From Candidatus Parcubacteria bacterium (GTDB lineage: Bacteria; Patescibacteriota; Minisyncoccia; Phycocordibacterales; Phycocordibacteraceae): DNA of 61,553 bases. The translations under genes and the position numbers were made by a program. The notes below the pieces were generated by a model that saw only the letters and a program-made list of their open reading frames with translations, had not been told where the DNA came from and made no database searches. The DNA lies in the NCBI GenBank assembly GCA_021731495.1, contig JAKFXG010000002.1:1-61553 (forward strand). The letters run 5' to 3'. This document shows positions 38,539-47,617 of the stretch, piece after piece. Position 1 is the stretch's first letter; the number at the start of each line of letters is the position of its first letter.

Positions 38539-39249
38539 ATGACACACACCGTACATCCTTATGCACATCGTCTCGGCATCATCCGGGATTGGAAGAGCCG
38601 TTGGTTCTCCGCCGATAAGAACGTCTACCGCGAGAACATCAAAGTGGATGAGACTATTCGTCGTTTCCTAAAAAAGCGTCTGCGCGGCACCTACACGAGC
38701 GGTATTGAGATCGAACGTTCAGCAAGCGAGCTGCGTATCATCCTCTCGACCGCCCGCCCGGGCCTCGTCATTGGTCGTTCCGGTGAGAATGCGGTAAAGC
38801 TGCGCAAAGAGCTCACTGACGTTGTGCAGAAGGCTACCGGGCACGCGCTCCCGGCCGGCAAGCAGGTGAAGTTCGACATCGTCGAGGTACGCCAGCCGGA
38901 AACGGATGCAGCAGTCGTCGCCTACATGATTGCTGAAGGACTCGAGAAACGCACGCCATTCCGCCGCGTATTGAAGTCGACGGTCGAGAAAGTCATCGCC
39001 GTACGCGAAGTCGAAGGCGTACGTATCGCACTTTCAGGAAGGCTTGGAGGTGCGGAAATGAGCCGTAAGGAAGAGGTTAAGAAGGGTCGTATTCCTCTCC
39101 AGACATTCCGTGCGGATATCGATTTTGCACACGAGCAGGCATACTTGCCCTACGGTGTCCTTGGAATCAAGGTGTGGATCTATCGCGGCAATGTGTACCA
39201 AGACAAAAAGACACCGGTGCGCATGCCAGAGAGCGCTCCTCGTGGCTAA
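38539..39249 (+). CDS. rpsC: 30S ribosomal protein S3
   Basis: HPYAHRLGI, RPGLVIG, SGRLGGAEMSR, GIKVWIY. Confidence 0.97.
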   Translation: MTHTVHPYAHRLGIIRDWKSRWFSADKNVYRENIKVDETIRRFLKKRLRGTYTSGIEIERSASELRIILSTARPGLVIGRSGENAVKLRKELTDVVQKATGHALPAGKQVKFDIVEVRQPETDAAVVAYMIAEGLEKRTPFRRVLKSTVEKVIAVREVEGVRIALSGRLGGAEMSRKEEVKKGRIPLQTFRADIDFAHEQAYLPYGVLGIKVWIYRGNVYQDKKTPVRMPESAPRG

Positions 39250-39258
39250 TATTTCTGT

Positions 39259-39681
39259 ATGTTGTTTCCTAAAAAAGTAAAACATCGCAAGTGGCAGACG
39301 CAGCGTCTCTCCGAAAAGCGTCTTACACGTCCTGACACGCGCGGTATCACCGTAGCGTTCGGCTCCTTCGCGCTTAAGGCGCTCACCCCGGCGCGCGTGA
39401 CGAGCAATCAGATCGAAGCGGCGCGTAAAGTGCTCACCCGCGCAACAGCCAAGACGGGTAAGCTCTGGATCCGCATCTTTCCTGATCGTCCGGTGACTAT
39501 GAAGCCTGCGGAAGTGGGCATGGGTAGCGGTAAGGGCGATCCGAAGCATTATGTTTTCCAGGTTCGTCCGGGGCGCATACTTTTCGAGATGGATGGTGTC
39601 CCTGAGGCTATCGCCCGGGCGCATTTGCGCCAGGCAGGTATGAAATTGCCGGTCAAGACAACGATCGTCACGCGCGGCTAA
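39259..39681 (+). CDS. rplP: 50S ribosomal protein L16
   Basis: QIEAAR, WIRIFPD, MGSGKG. Confidence 0.97.
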   Translation: MLFPKKVKHRKWQTQRLSEKRLTRPDTRGITVAFGSFALKALTPARVTSNQIEAARKVLTRATAKTGKLWIRIFPDRPVTMKPAEVGMGSGKGDPKHYVFQVRPGRILFEMDGVPEAIARAHLRQAGMKLPVKTTIVTRG

Positions 39682-39703
39682 TCATTGCTTTTTTCTAATT
39701 TGT

Positions 39704-39913
39704 ATGGCAAAAAAAGATATCATGACGACCAAAACTGACCAGGAGCTTTCGAAGCTCCTCGCTGAAACGCGCGCCGAGCTCCGTACTGAGCGTTTTTCGG
39801 CTGCCGGCGCGCGCGCTAAAGACTCGAATGCCCCCCGGAAGCATCGCGCGCAGATCGCCCGCGTGCTTACCGAGCAGCACGCCCGTTCACTCCGTGCACA
39901 GCCGACCGCTTAA
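39704..39913 (+). CDS. rpmC: 50S ribosomal protein L29
   Basis: position between rplP and rpsQ; R..IARVLT. Confidence 0.9.
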   Translation: MAKKDIMTTKTDQELSKLLAETRAELRTERFSAAGARAKDSNAPRKHRAQIARVLTEQHARSLRAQPTA

Positions 39914-39919
39914 TATCAT

Positions 39920-40195
39920 ATGGAACAGAAAACTATTCGTCCCCAATCATTCGTCGGCGTCGTCATAAAGACGGCAATGAAAGACACGGCAACGGTCAAA
40001 GTTGATCGGTACGTGAAGAATGCGAAGTACAAGAAGTACTTCGTGCGTTCAAAGAAGTATCTTGCGCATGATCCGGGCAATACGGCTCAGGTGGGTGACA
40101 AGGTGACTATCGTCGCGACCCGACCGATCTCGAAATTGAAGCATTTCGCGATAGATCCTACGAAGACGGTTTCGGCAGAGAGCGAGAAAAACTAA
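39920..40195 (+). CDS. rpsQ: 30S ribosomal protein S17
   Basis: KKYLAHD, GDKV.I..TRPISKLK. Confidence 0.95.
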   Translation: MEQKTIRPQSFVGVVIKTAMKDTATVKVDRYVKNAKYKKYFVRSKKYLAHDPGNTAQVGDKVTIVATRPISKLKHFAIDPTKTVSAESEKN

Positions 40196-40196
40196 T

Positions 40197-40574
40197 ATGT
40201 TGCAACCTCAATCCATCGTTTCGGTAGCAGACAATTCCGGCGGACAAATCGCCCGGATTTTCAAAGTGCTTGGAGGCTCTAAGCGCCGCTATGCGGAGAT
40301 TGGGGACGTGGTTGTGGTGTCCATTCAGACTGCTGCGCCGCGCAAGGCCGTAAAGAAAAAGGATATCTTTCGCGCCGTTGTCGTGCGACAGGTGAAGCCG
40401 TTCGGCCGCAAAGACGGCTCGTACATTCGCTTTGATGAGAATGCGGTCGTGCTCATCGAGAAACAGGGTAAGGAAATGGCTCCGAAAGGAAACCGCATTT
40501 TCGGTCCGGTACCACGCGAACTTTCCGAACTCGGGTGGCATTCTATCGTTTCGCTCGCTCCAGAAGTCGTTTAA
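40197..40574 (+). CDS. rplN: 50S ribosomal protein L14
   Basis: VADNSG, RFDENAVV, RIFGPV, SLAPEVV. Confidence 0.97.
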   Translation: MLQPQSIVSVADNSGGQIARIFKVLGGSKRRYAEIGDVVVVSIQTAAPRKAVKKKDIFRAVVVRQVKPFGRKDGSYIRFDENAVVLIEKQGKEMAPKGNRIFGPVPRELSELGWHSIVSLAPEVV

Positions 40575-40584
40575 TTATTTTTAT

Positions 40585-40821
40585 ATGCACGTAAAAAAAG
40601 GAGACAAGGTACAAATCATCGCAGGAAAGGACAAAGGAAAGTCCGGCGTGATTGTTCGCGCATTGCCGAAAGAAAATGCAGTAGTTATTGACGGTATCGC
40701 GCTCTACAAGCGTCACCTGAAAGGAGGACAGGGGAAGGTGGGGCAGATTGTTGAACGTCCACGACCAATTGATGCGTCAAACGTTAAGCGTCTAGAATCA
40801 GCTAAGGGCGTAAAGAAATAA
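40585..40821 (+). CDS. rplX: 50S ribosomal protein L24 (short)
   Basis: KKGDKVQIIAGKDKGKSG, PIDASNV. Confidence 0.95.
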   Translation: MHVKKGDKVQIIAGKDKGKSGVIVRALPKENAVVIDGIALYKRHLKGGQGKVGQIVERPRPIDASNVKRLESAKGVKK

Positions 40822-40828
40822 TTGCAAT

Positions 40829-41380
40829 ATGTCTATCACCAAACAACTCCAGCAATCTGCCTATCTCGCGCTCGCGGAAATGTTCGGCTACACGAGTTCC
40901 ATGCAGGGCCCACGCATTCAGAAAGTCATCGTCTCTTCCGGTGTGGGTAAGAAGCGTGACAAAAAGCAGCTTGAGATCATTCAGGACCGTCTTGCGAAGA
41001 TCACGGGACAGAAGTCGGCTCCGCGTCCTGCTCGTCTCTCCATCGCGTCTTTCAAAGTACGCGAGGGGGATACGGTCGGTCTCCAGGTGACGCTCCGCGG
41101 TGCTCGGATGTATGACTTCCTCGATAAGCTCGTGCATATTGCACTCCCTCGTACACGCGACTTCCGCGGCCTCAAAGCTTCGGCAATCGACGACATGGGG
41201 AACCTCACTATCGGTATCAAGGAAAACACTATCTTCCCGGAGACCTCGGATGAGGATCTCAAGGACGTTTTTGGCTTTGCTGTTACCATCGTGACGACCG
41301 CAAAAGGGAAGGCCGAGGCCGAGGCTTTCTTCCGTCACCTCGGGTTCCCGCTTATCGTTGACGCGAGCGTAAAACGCTGA
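40829..41380 (+). CDS. rplE: 50S ribosomal protein L5
   Basis: ITGQK, FKVREG, LPRTRDFRG, IFPE. Confidence 0.97.
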   Translation: MSITKQLQQSAYLALAEMFGYTSSMQGPRIQKVIVSSGVGKKRDKKQLEIIQDRLAKITGQKSAPRPARLSIASFKVREGDTVGLQVTLRGARMYDFLDKLVHIALPRTRDFRGLKASAIDDMGNLTIGIKENTIFPETSDEDLKDVFGFAVTIVTTAKGKAEAEAFFRHLGFPLIVDASVKR

Positions 41381-41420
41381 TATTCTCTGACTACGCTCTT
41401 CGAGGCTTTATTTTTTTCTC

Positions 41421-41690
41421 ATGGCAAAGAAATCCCAGCTGGCGCGATACGCCAAAAAGCTCAAACTTGTTAAGAAGTACGCAGTAAAGCGTGCGGCTTT
41501 GAAGTTGGCTGGTGATTCCGAAGGCCTCCAAGCGCTCCCGAGAAACTCTTCGCCGGTGCGCCTTAAGAACCGTTGTGCGATCACTGGTCGCTCACGCGGG
41601 TATATGCGCACCTTCGGCCTCTCGCGCATTCAGTTTCGTGAACTCGCCCTCGAGGGAAAGATCCCTGGAGTAAAGAAAGCATCATGGTAA
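41421..41690 (+). CDS. rpsN: 30S ribosomal protein S14 (89-aa, non-zinc type)
   Basis: [24 protein letters not shown]. Confidence 0.96.
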   Translation: MAKKSQLARYAKKLKLVKKYAVKRAALKLAGDSEGLQALPRNSSPVRLKNRCAITGRSRGYMRTFGLSRIQFRELALEGKIPGVKKASW

Positions 41691-42088
41691 GCGACCGCGT
41701 CGGCGATTTTATCATTCGTCTTCAGAACGCCGCTCGTATCGGCAAGGCTGAAGTGTTGGTGCCGTACTCAGTACATATCACTGCCATTGCGAAAAAATTG
41801 AAGGAACTTGGTTTTGTATCTGCTGTTGAGGTCAAGGCGAAAGGGGAGAGCGAGGTGAAAAAGGATGTCGCCGTGACGCTTGCCTATGATGAACATGGTC
41901 AGCCGAAGTTGCGCGGAGTGAAGCGCATCAGCAAACCAGGCCGTCGGCTCTATCTTCCATACACCGAGGCTCACCGCGTGAAGGGCGGCACGGGCGCGCG
42001 TCTTATTTCGTCTTCGACGGGTATCATTTCCGATAGAGAGGCCCGCAAGAATCACACGGGCGGTGAGAATCTTTTTGAGATTTGGTAA
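41684..42088 (+). CDS. rpsH: 30S ribosomal protein S8
   Basis: [12 protein letters not shown]. Confidence 0.95.
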   Translation: MVSDRVGDFIIRLQNAARIGKAEVLVPYSVHITAIAKKLKELGFVSAVEVKAKGESEVKKDVAVTLAYDEHGQPKLRGVKRISKPGRRLYLPYTEAHRVKGGTGARLISSSTGIISDREARKNHTGGENLFEIW

Positions 42089-42098
42089 ATACATAGTT

Positions 42099-42629
42099 AT
42101 GAGTCGTCTTGCAAAGAAACCAATAGCCGTAGGAAAGACCGATGTCTCGGTGGCTGGCGGTGTGCTCACGGTGAAAGGTCCGAAGGGGACACTTACGAAG
42201 CGTGTGCATCCACTGGTAGATATCGCCGTCGATGCAACAGGCGTCATGATCACTCCGAAAGATCGCTCACGTCTTGCGAAGGCGCTCACCGGAACTTTTG
42301 CATCACACGTGAAGAATATGGTCCAGGGTGTTGAGACTCCGTACATGAAAAAACTTATCCTTGAAGGCGTCGGCTACAAGATGGAAGTCAAAGGGAAGGA
42401 CGTCGTTCTTACAGTTGGTTTCTCTCACACTGTGCCGCTTGCGATACCGGAAGACGTTACCGCAACTGCCGAGAAAAACGTCATGAAACTTGAGAGTGTA
42501 AACAAGGAGTCAGTCGGACAGTTCGCCGCGAACGTTCGTCGTGTGAAGCCGCCAGAGCCCTACCTTGGAAAGGGTATTCACTACGAGGGAGAAGTTGTCC
42601 GTCGCAAGCAGGGTAAGAAGGCCGTCTAA
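42099..42629 (+). CDS. rplF: 50S ribosomal protein L6
   Basis: VKGPKGTL, GVGYK, PEPYLGKGI. Confidence 0.97.
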   Translation: MSRLAKKPIAVGKTDVSVAGGVLTVKGPKGTLTKRVHPLVDIAVDATGVMITPKDRSRLAKALTGTFASHVKNMVQGVETPYMKKLILEGVGYKMEVKGKDVVLTVGFSHTVPLAIPEDVTATAEKNVMKLESVNKESVGQFAANVRRVKPPEPYLGKGIHYEGEVVRRKQGKKAV

Positions 42630-42632
42630 TAT

Positions 42633-42983
42633 ATGAATCACAAACCTACATCAACCAGCGAACTCCGTAAGCGCCGCCATGCGCGCGTTCGTGCGCTCGT
42701 GAAAGGCACTCCGGAGCGTCCACGCCTTGCGGTCTTTCGAAGTAATCGATTTGTATCGGCACAGCTTATTGACGACGTAGCAGGGAAGACGGTGGCTGCG
42801 TCGCACGGTCGTGAGTTCAAAGGCTCACAATCAGTGCAGGCCACGTCGGTGGGTACTGCAATTGCAGAAAAAGCAAAGACGGCTGGCATCACCACAATCG
42901 TTTTTGACCGTGGCGGCTACCGCTACATCGGACAGGTCAAAGCACTTGCGGACGCTGCGCGTGCGGGGGGTCTCACTTTTTAA
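42633..42983 (+). CDS. rplR: 50S ribosomal protein L18
   Basis: [23 protein letters not shown]. Confidence 0.96.
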   Translation: MNHKPTSTSELRKRRHARVRALVKGTPERPRLAVFRSNRFVSAQLIDDVAGKTVAASHGREFKGSQSVQATSVGTAIAEKAKTAGITTIVFDRGGYRYIGQVKALADAARAGGLTF

Positions 42984-42989
42984 TACTTT

Positions 42990-43616
42990 ATGGATACATC
43001 GATGGAACAGGAGACGACACAAGAAATAGAAGGAGCACCGGCACTTGAGGTCGCTGAAACGACGCCGGTTGAGGCTGCACCCGCCGCAGCGGTAGCTCCA
43101 TCTGCAACTCGTACCGGCGGCCGTGGAGCACTTCGCGGTCGCGCCCCACGGGCAGGTGGCCGCGCTCGTCCGCCGCGCGAGCGTGGAGAGTTTGAGCAAG
43201 TGACCATCGACGCGCGCCGCGTGGCCCGTGTTATGGCAGGCGGTCGCCGCTTTAACTTCAGTCTTGTTGTGGTCATTGGCGATCGAAAAGGTCGTGTGGG
43301 AGTTGGTCTTGGGAAGGGTCTCGACACTGCGCTTGCGATAGACAAAGCGACACGAGATGCAAAGAAACATTTGTTTATCGTCCCGCGCACCGCTTCAGGT
43401 TCCATCCCACACCAGGTTTCTATGAAATATTCCTCGTCCACGGTCGAGATAATCCCCTCAAAGGGCCGCGGTCTTGTCGCCGGCTCAGCGATGCGCACGG
43501 TGCTCGACCTCGCGGGCGTCACCGATGTTGTGACGAAGATACATTCTCGTTCCAAGAACAAGCTCACCATCGCGCGCGCAACAGTCGCCGCTTTAAGGAA
43601 ACTCCGCGCGAAATAA
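42990..43616 (+). CDS. rpsE: 30S ribosomal protein S5
   Basis: RVARVMAGGRRFNF, VGVGLGK; followed directly by rplO (no rpmD). Confidence 0.96.
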   Translation: MDTSMEQETTQEIEGAPALEVAETTPVEAAPAAAVAPSATRTGGRGALRGRAPRAGGRARPPRERGEFEQVTIDARRVARVMAGGRRFNFSLVVVIGDRKGRVGVGLGKGLDTALAIDKATRDAKKHLFIVPRTASGSIPHQVSMKYSSSTVEIIPSKGRGLVAGSAMRTVLDLAGVTDVVTKIHSRSKNKLTIARATVAALRKLRAK

Positions 43617-43627
43617 TCATACTGGGT

Positions 43628-44080
43628 ATGCAACTCCACTCATTTTCACCTCGCACCAAGAATAGGAAAAATCCGCCCGTGGGGCGGGGCGGAAAGCGCG
43701 GCAAGACTTCCGGTCGCGGCGGTAAAGGGCAGACGGCGCGCGCCGGACACAAGATACGCCCGGAGGTTCGCGACCTCATTAAGAAACTCCCGAAGCTTCG
43801 CGGTCACGGAAAGAATCGCGCACGGAGCGTTCGAACCAACCGCATTGCCGTGTCCGCGGTGAACCTCTCTGCGCTCGAAGCGGCCTACAAGGCGGGCGAG
43901 ACCGTCTCGCCCGCAACGCTGCTTGCGAAGGGTCTTGTGCGCCGCGCGAAAGGGCGCGCGCCGGCTGTGAAGATTCTCGGTGCGGGATCGCTCACGAAGG
44001 CACTCGTCGTCGAAGGGTGTACACTTTCTGCATCTGCTCTCGCGGCACTCACCGCGGCTGGAGGTACAAACCATGCTTAA
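43628..44080 (+). CDS. rplO: 50S ribosomal protein L15
   Basis: GRGGKRGKTSGRGGKGQTARAG, VKILG.G. Confidence 0.96.
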   Translation: MQLHSFSPRTKNRKNPPVGRGGKRGKTSGRGGKGQTARAGHKIRPEVRDLIKKLPKLRGHGKNRARSVRTNRIAVSAVNLSALEAAYKAGETVSPATLLAKGLVRRAKGRAPAVKILGAGSLTKALVVEGCTLSASALAALTAAGGTNHA

Positions 44081-45347
44081 TTCTCTCATTCGCAAACTCA
44101 AACTTGCTTTCGGCGATCCTGAAATCCGTTTTCGTATTTTCTTTGTCATCGCGGCGCTCGTGCTTTTCCGTTTTCTCGCGGCAATTCCGATTCCGGGCGT
44201 CGATAAGAATGCGCTTGCCGCCTTCTTTTCAGACAACCAATTCTTCGGTCTCCTGAATATCTTCTCGGGCGGCGGCCTTTCACAGCTTTCGATCGTGATG
44301 CTCGGCGTAGGTCCCTACATCACTGCCTCGATCATCATGCAGCTCGGCACCATTATTTTCCCGCAGGTGAAGCAGGCGTACTTTGAGGAGGGAGAAGCCG
44401 GCCGCGCGAAGTTCATCGAGTGGAGCCGTCTGCTCACCATTCCGATGGCCGTTCTGCAAGCCGTCGCCTTTCTATTCTTGCTTGAGGGCCAAGGCGTCAT
44501 TTCGCATCTTGGCACCATGGCGCTTATTGCGAACATCGCACTCGTCACGGCCGGCTCTCTGCTCCTCATGTGGCTTGGCGAGCTGGTGACCGAATTTGGC
44601 ATCGGCAACGGGGTGTCGCTCATTATTCTCGCGGGAATCCTCGCAACCGTGCCTGGAAGTATCTCGCAAGCCATCTTTGCCGCTACTGCCGCAAATATTC
44701 CTGCGTACCTTGCATTTACCGTTCTCGGACTTGCGATGATTTACGCGGTGGTAGTCGTCTCCGATGCCGAGCGCTCGATACCGATTGCCTATGCGCGCGC
44801 CGTGCGCGGAGCGGCGCTTTCCAAAGGCGCAGCGACCTATCTTCCAATCCGGCTTCTCCAGGCAGGCGTGATACCGATTATTTTCGCGCTCTCGCTCCTG
44901 CTTCTGCCGCAAATGGCGCTTTCAGCGCTCGCGGCGCTGGAATTGTCATTCGCATCAAGCGCGGCGCTCTGGTACACCGCATTCCTCTCCAATCCATGGA
45001 ACTACGGCGCAGTGTATTTCTTACTTGTCGTGCTTTTCACATACTTCTACACCGCAGTTACTTTCGAGCCGCATCGTGTCGCGGAGAATCTCCAAAAGTC
45101 GGGAGCCTTCGTTCCTGGAGTACGTCCCGGTCGTGAGACGGAAGAGTACATCGGCAAGGTCGTGAATCGCGTTACGCTTCCCGGGGCTGCCTTCCTTGGT
45201 CTTATCGCCGTTTCGCCGTCGATCATTCAAGGACTCACCGGCGTTACGACGCTCGTACTCGGCGGTACCGCGCTCCTCATCGCCGTCCAGGTTGCACTCG
45301 ACCTCGCTCGTAAGATCGACGCGCAAGTTTCTCTTCGCGAATACTAA
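44073..45347 (+). CDS. secY: preprotein translocase subunit SecY
   Basis: LGVGPYITASIIMQ, GIGNGVSL, GVIPIIFA, PGVRPG, GGTALLI. Confidence 0.98.
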   Translation: MLNSLIRKLKLAFGDPEIRFRIFFVIAALVLFRFLAAIPIPGVDKNALAAFFSDNQFFGLLNIFSGGGLSQLSIVMLGVGPYITASIIMQLGTIIFPQVKQAYFEEGEAGRAKFIEWSRLLTIPMAVLQAVAFLFLLEGQGVISHLGTMALIANIALVTAGSLLLMWLGELVTEFGIGNGVSLIILAGILATVPGSISQAIFAATAANIPAYLAFTVLGLAMIYAVVVVSDAERSIPIAYARAVRGAALSKGAATYLPIRLLQAGVIPIIFALSLLLLPQMALSALAALELSFASSAALWYTAFLSNPWNYGAVYFLLVVLFTYFYTAVTFEPHRVAENLQKSGAFVPGVRPGRETEEYIGKVVNRVTLPGAAFLGLIAVSPSIIQGLTGVTTLVLGGTALLIAVQVALDLARKIDAQVSLREY

Positions 45348-45366
45348 AAGGTGGTAGAGTAATTGG

Positions 45367-45933
45367 ATGGAAACACGGACTATTTTCTTCGTCGGGAAGC
45401 CGGGGTGCGGAAAGGGAACACAAGCGAAATTGCTTTCAGAGAAAACTGGTTGGGCGGTCATATCGGCGGGCAAGCAGTTCCGGGCAATAGCCGCCGAAGA
45501 CACTCCCGTCGGGCGGAAAGTAAAGTCTGAAATGGACGCCGGACTTTTGGCACCGCACTGGTTCGCGATGTACCTCTACCAAAAAGCTCTCTTCTCACTC
45601 CCCGATGACACGAGCGTTATCTTCGACGGATTTAATCGCAAGGTGCCCGAGGCGGAACTTATCATCGAATCCCTCTCATGGCTTACGCGGCCGTTTTCTG
45701 TTTTGTATTTGCACGTATCCGACGATGAGGTTCGCCGTCGTCTTGCCGGCCGTAAAGAGACCGATGGTCGCGCCGATGATGCCGTTGTCGACGAACGCTT
45801 ACATGAGTACTACGAGCATACGGCCCCCGCAATCGAGCTGTTTCGGAATGCCGGCGCGCTCACCGAGATACACGGCGAACAGCCACCTGAGAAAATCGCT
45901 GCCGACATCCGCACAGCGCTCAATGTACAATGA
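45367..45933 (+). CDS. adk: adenylate kinase (short LID)
   Basis: GKPGCGKGTQA, DGFNR, RADD; located after secY. Confidence 0.9.
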   Translation: METRTIFFVGKPGCGKGTQAKLLSEKTGWAVISAGKQFRAIAAEDTPVGRKVKSEMDAGLLAPHWFAMYLYQKALFSLPDDTSVIFDGFNRKVPEAELIIESLSWLTRPFSVLYLHVSDDEVRRRLAGRKETDGRADDAVVDERLHEYYEHTAPAIELFRNAGALTEIHGEQPPEKIAADIRTALNVQ

Positions 45934-46694
45934 CGATACAGAACGATACTGAGCGGGCGAACCTCATCGAAGCGGGGAGGCGTCTTGCGGCCGTGCTTGA
46001 AGCGCTTCGCATGAAAGTAGCTCCCGGCGTGACTTCCGAAGAACTTGATGATTTGGCGGAACAGCTCATACGCGGCGGAGGCGACGAACCATCGTTCCTC
46101 GGCTACACACCCGAGGGCGCGCATCGGGCATATCCGGCAGCGCTTTGCGTCTCGATAAACGACGAAGTGGTCCATGGCATTCCGAACGAATCGGTAAAGA
46201 CCTTGAAAGAGGGCGATATCGTCGGCCTCGATCTCGGACTTACCCACAAGGGCATCGTGGTTGATGCGGCTATCACGGTACCGGTTGGCCAAGTGGACGA
46301 GGAATCAAAGAGACTCCTTGCCGCGACCGAGCAATCACTCATGGCGGGAGTCAGGGCCGCCGTGCCGGGGAAACACATCGGGGACATCTCGCACGCTATT
46401 CAGGAGGAAATTGAGCATGCGGGCTTTAAGGTGGTGAAAGAACTTGGCGGGCATGGTGTGGGCGATGTTGTCCACGAGGAGCCGTTCATTCCCAATTACG
46501 GGCGCGTGGGTGAAGGGGCAATACTTTCCGAAGGGATGGTGCTGGCGCTTGAACCCATTTCCTCGGCCGGTAAGGCGGCGGTCACCCTCGCACCCGACGG
46601 CTACACGTATCGGACCAAGGACGGCTCCAGGAGCGCCCACTTTGAGCACACCATCTTGATAGAAAAGGATGGAGCGCGTATCATAACCGGATAA
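45930..46694 (+). CDS. map: methionine aminopeptidase type I
   Basis: SINDEVVHGIP, GHGVG..VHEEP, SAHFEHT. Confidence 0.97.
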   Translation: MTIQNDTERANLIEAGRRLAAVLEALRMKVAPGVTSEELDDLAEQLIRGGGDEPSFLGYTPEGAHRAYPAALCVSINDEVVHGIPNESVKTLKEGDIVGLDLGLTHKGIVVDAAITVPVGQVDEESKRLLAATEQSLMAGVRAAVPGKHIGDISHAIQEEIEHAGFKVVKELGGHGVGDVVHEEPFIPNYGRVGEGAILSEGMVLALEPISSAGKAAVTLAPDGYTYRTKDGSRSAHFEHTILIEKDGARIITG

Positions 46695-46739
46695 CCGCAA
46701 CCCAGGCGTCCGCCATCTGGCGGATTAATTTTTAAAACT

Positions 46740-47345
46740 ATGGCCCATCCAAAAACTGAACGAACACTCGTCATCGTAAAGCCCGACGGCATCCAGCGCG
46801 CCCTTATCGGCGAGATCATGAAGCGATATGAACGAACCGGCCTCAAGCTTGTCGCACTCAAAATGCTCGTCCCGACCGAAGAGATGATTGAAGAGCACTA
46901 CCTACTCGATCCGAACTGGAAGAAGAATGTCGGCGAGAAAGCAATCGCGAGCTATGTGAAAAAAGGGGAGACGCCTCCTTCAAATGATCCTATTGAACTT
47001 GCCGATCTGATTGTTGCACGCCTAAAGAAATACATGACCAGCGGGCCGGTCATCGCGATGGTATGGGAAGGCGCCCACTCGGTTGAATTAGTGCGCAAAG
47101 TCACGGGCGGTACCGAGCCGAGAAGCGCCGGCGTCGGTACTATTCGCGGCGATTTCGTTCTTGATTCCTACCAGATGGCGGACTCTGCCGACCGTGCGAT
47201 TCGCAATCTCATCCATGCGTCGGGTACCGTTCCAGAGGCAGAGATGGAGATTCCGCACTGGTTTGCGAAAGAAGAGATCATCAGTTATCGCGTGCCGCAC
47301 GAAGCGACGCTCTACGACGTTGATTTGAATAATATCCTCGGATAA
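46740..47345 (+). CDS. ndk: nucleoside diphosphate kinase
   Basis: ERTLVIVKPDG, GTIRGDF, NLIHAS. Confidence 0.95.
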   Translation: MAHPKTERTLVIVKPDGIQRALIGEIMKRYERTGLKLVALKMLVPTEEMIEEHYLLDPNWKKNVGEKAIASYVKKGETPPSNDPIELADLIVARLKKYMTSGPVIAMVWEGAHSVELVRKVTGGTEPRSAGVGTIRGDFVLDSYQMADSADRAIRNLIHASGTVPEAEMEIPHWFAKEEIISYRVPHEATLYDVDLNNILG

Positions 47346-47419
47346 AACCAAAAGCCCCGCTAGAAGCGGGGCTTTTGGTTTTCCACATGCATTTATCAAA
47401 AATCGGGTATACTTTCACA

Positions 47420-47597
47420 TGGAGCTGTTCCTAAAAACGCAACTTGCCTAATGCAAGGGGTTTCGGAGTCGTCAGTGGCAATGTGAGCGATATTCGTTCC
47501 TACGCTACTGCGCAGGAACCCCACCTGGAAAATAAAGTTGCATTAGGGAATGGCTCCACGAAAAAACCGCTCTGTAGAGAGCGGTTTTTTCGTGGAG
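47420..47597 (+). ncRNA. candidate 6S RNA (ssrS)-like rod-shaped RNA with its own promoter and terminator
   Basis: TATACT at 47408-47413; terminal stem 47420-47445/47535-47558; central bubble; apical stem; terminator at 47554-47597. Confidence 0.55.
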
Positions 47598-47617
47598 TGC
47601 CGTGGTACATTTTATGC

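Noticed and set aside
43617..43627. Missing rpmD (uL30) as a novelty
   Set aside because: This is an established CPR trait and was used only as a taxonomic clue.
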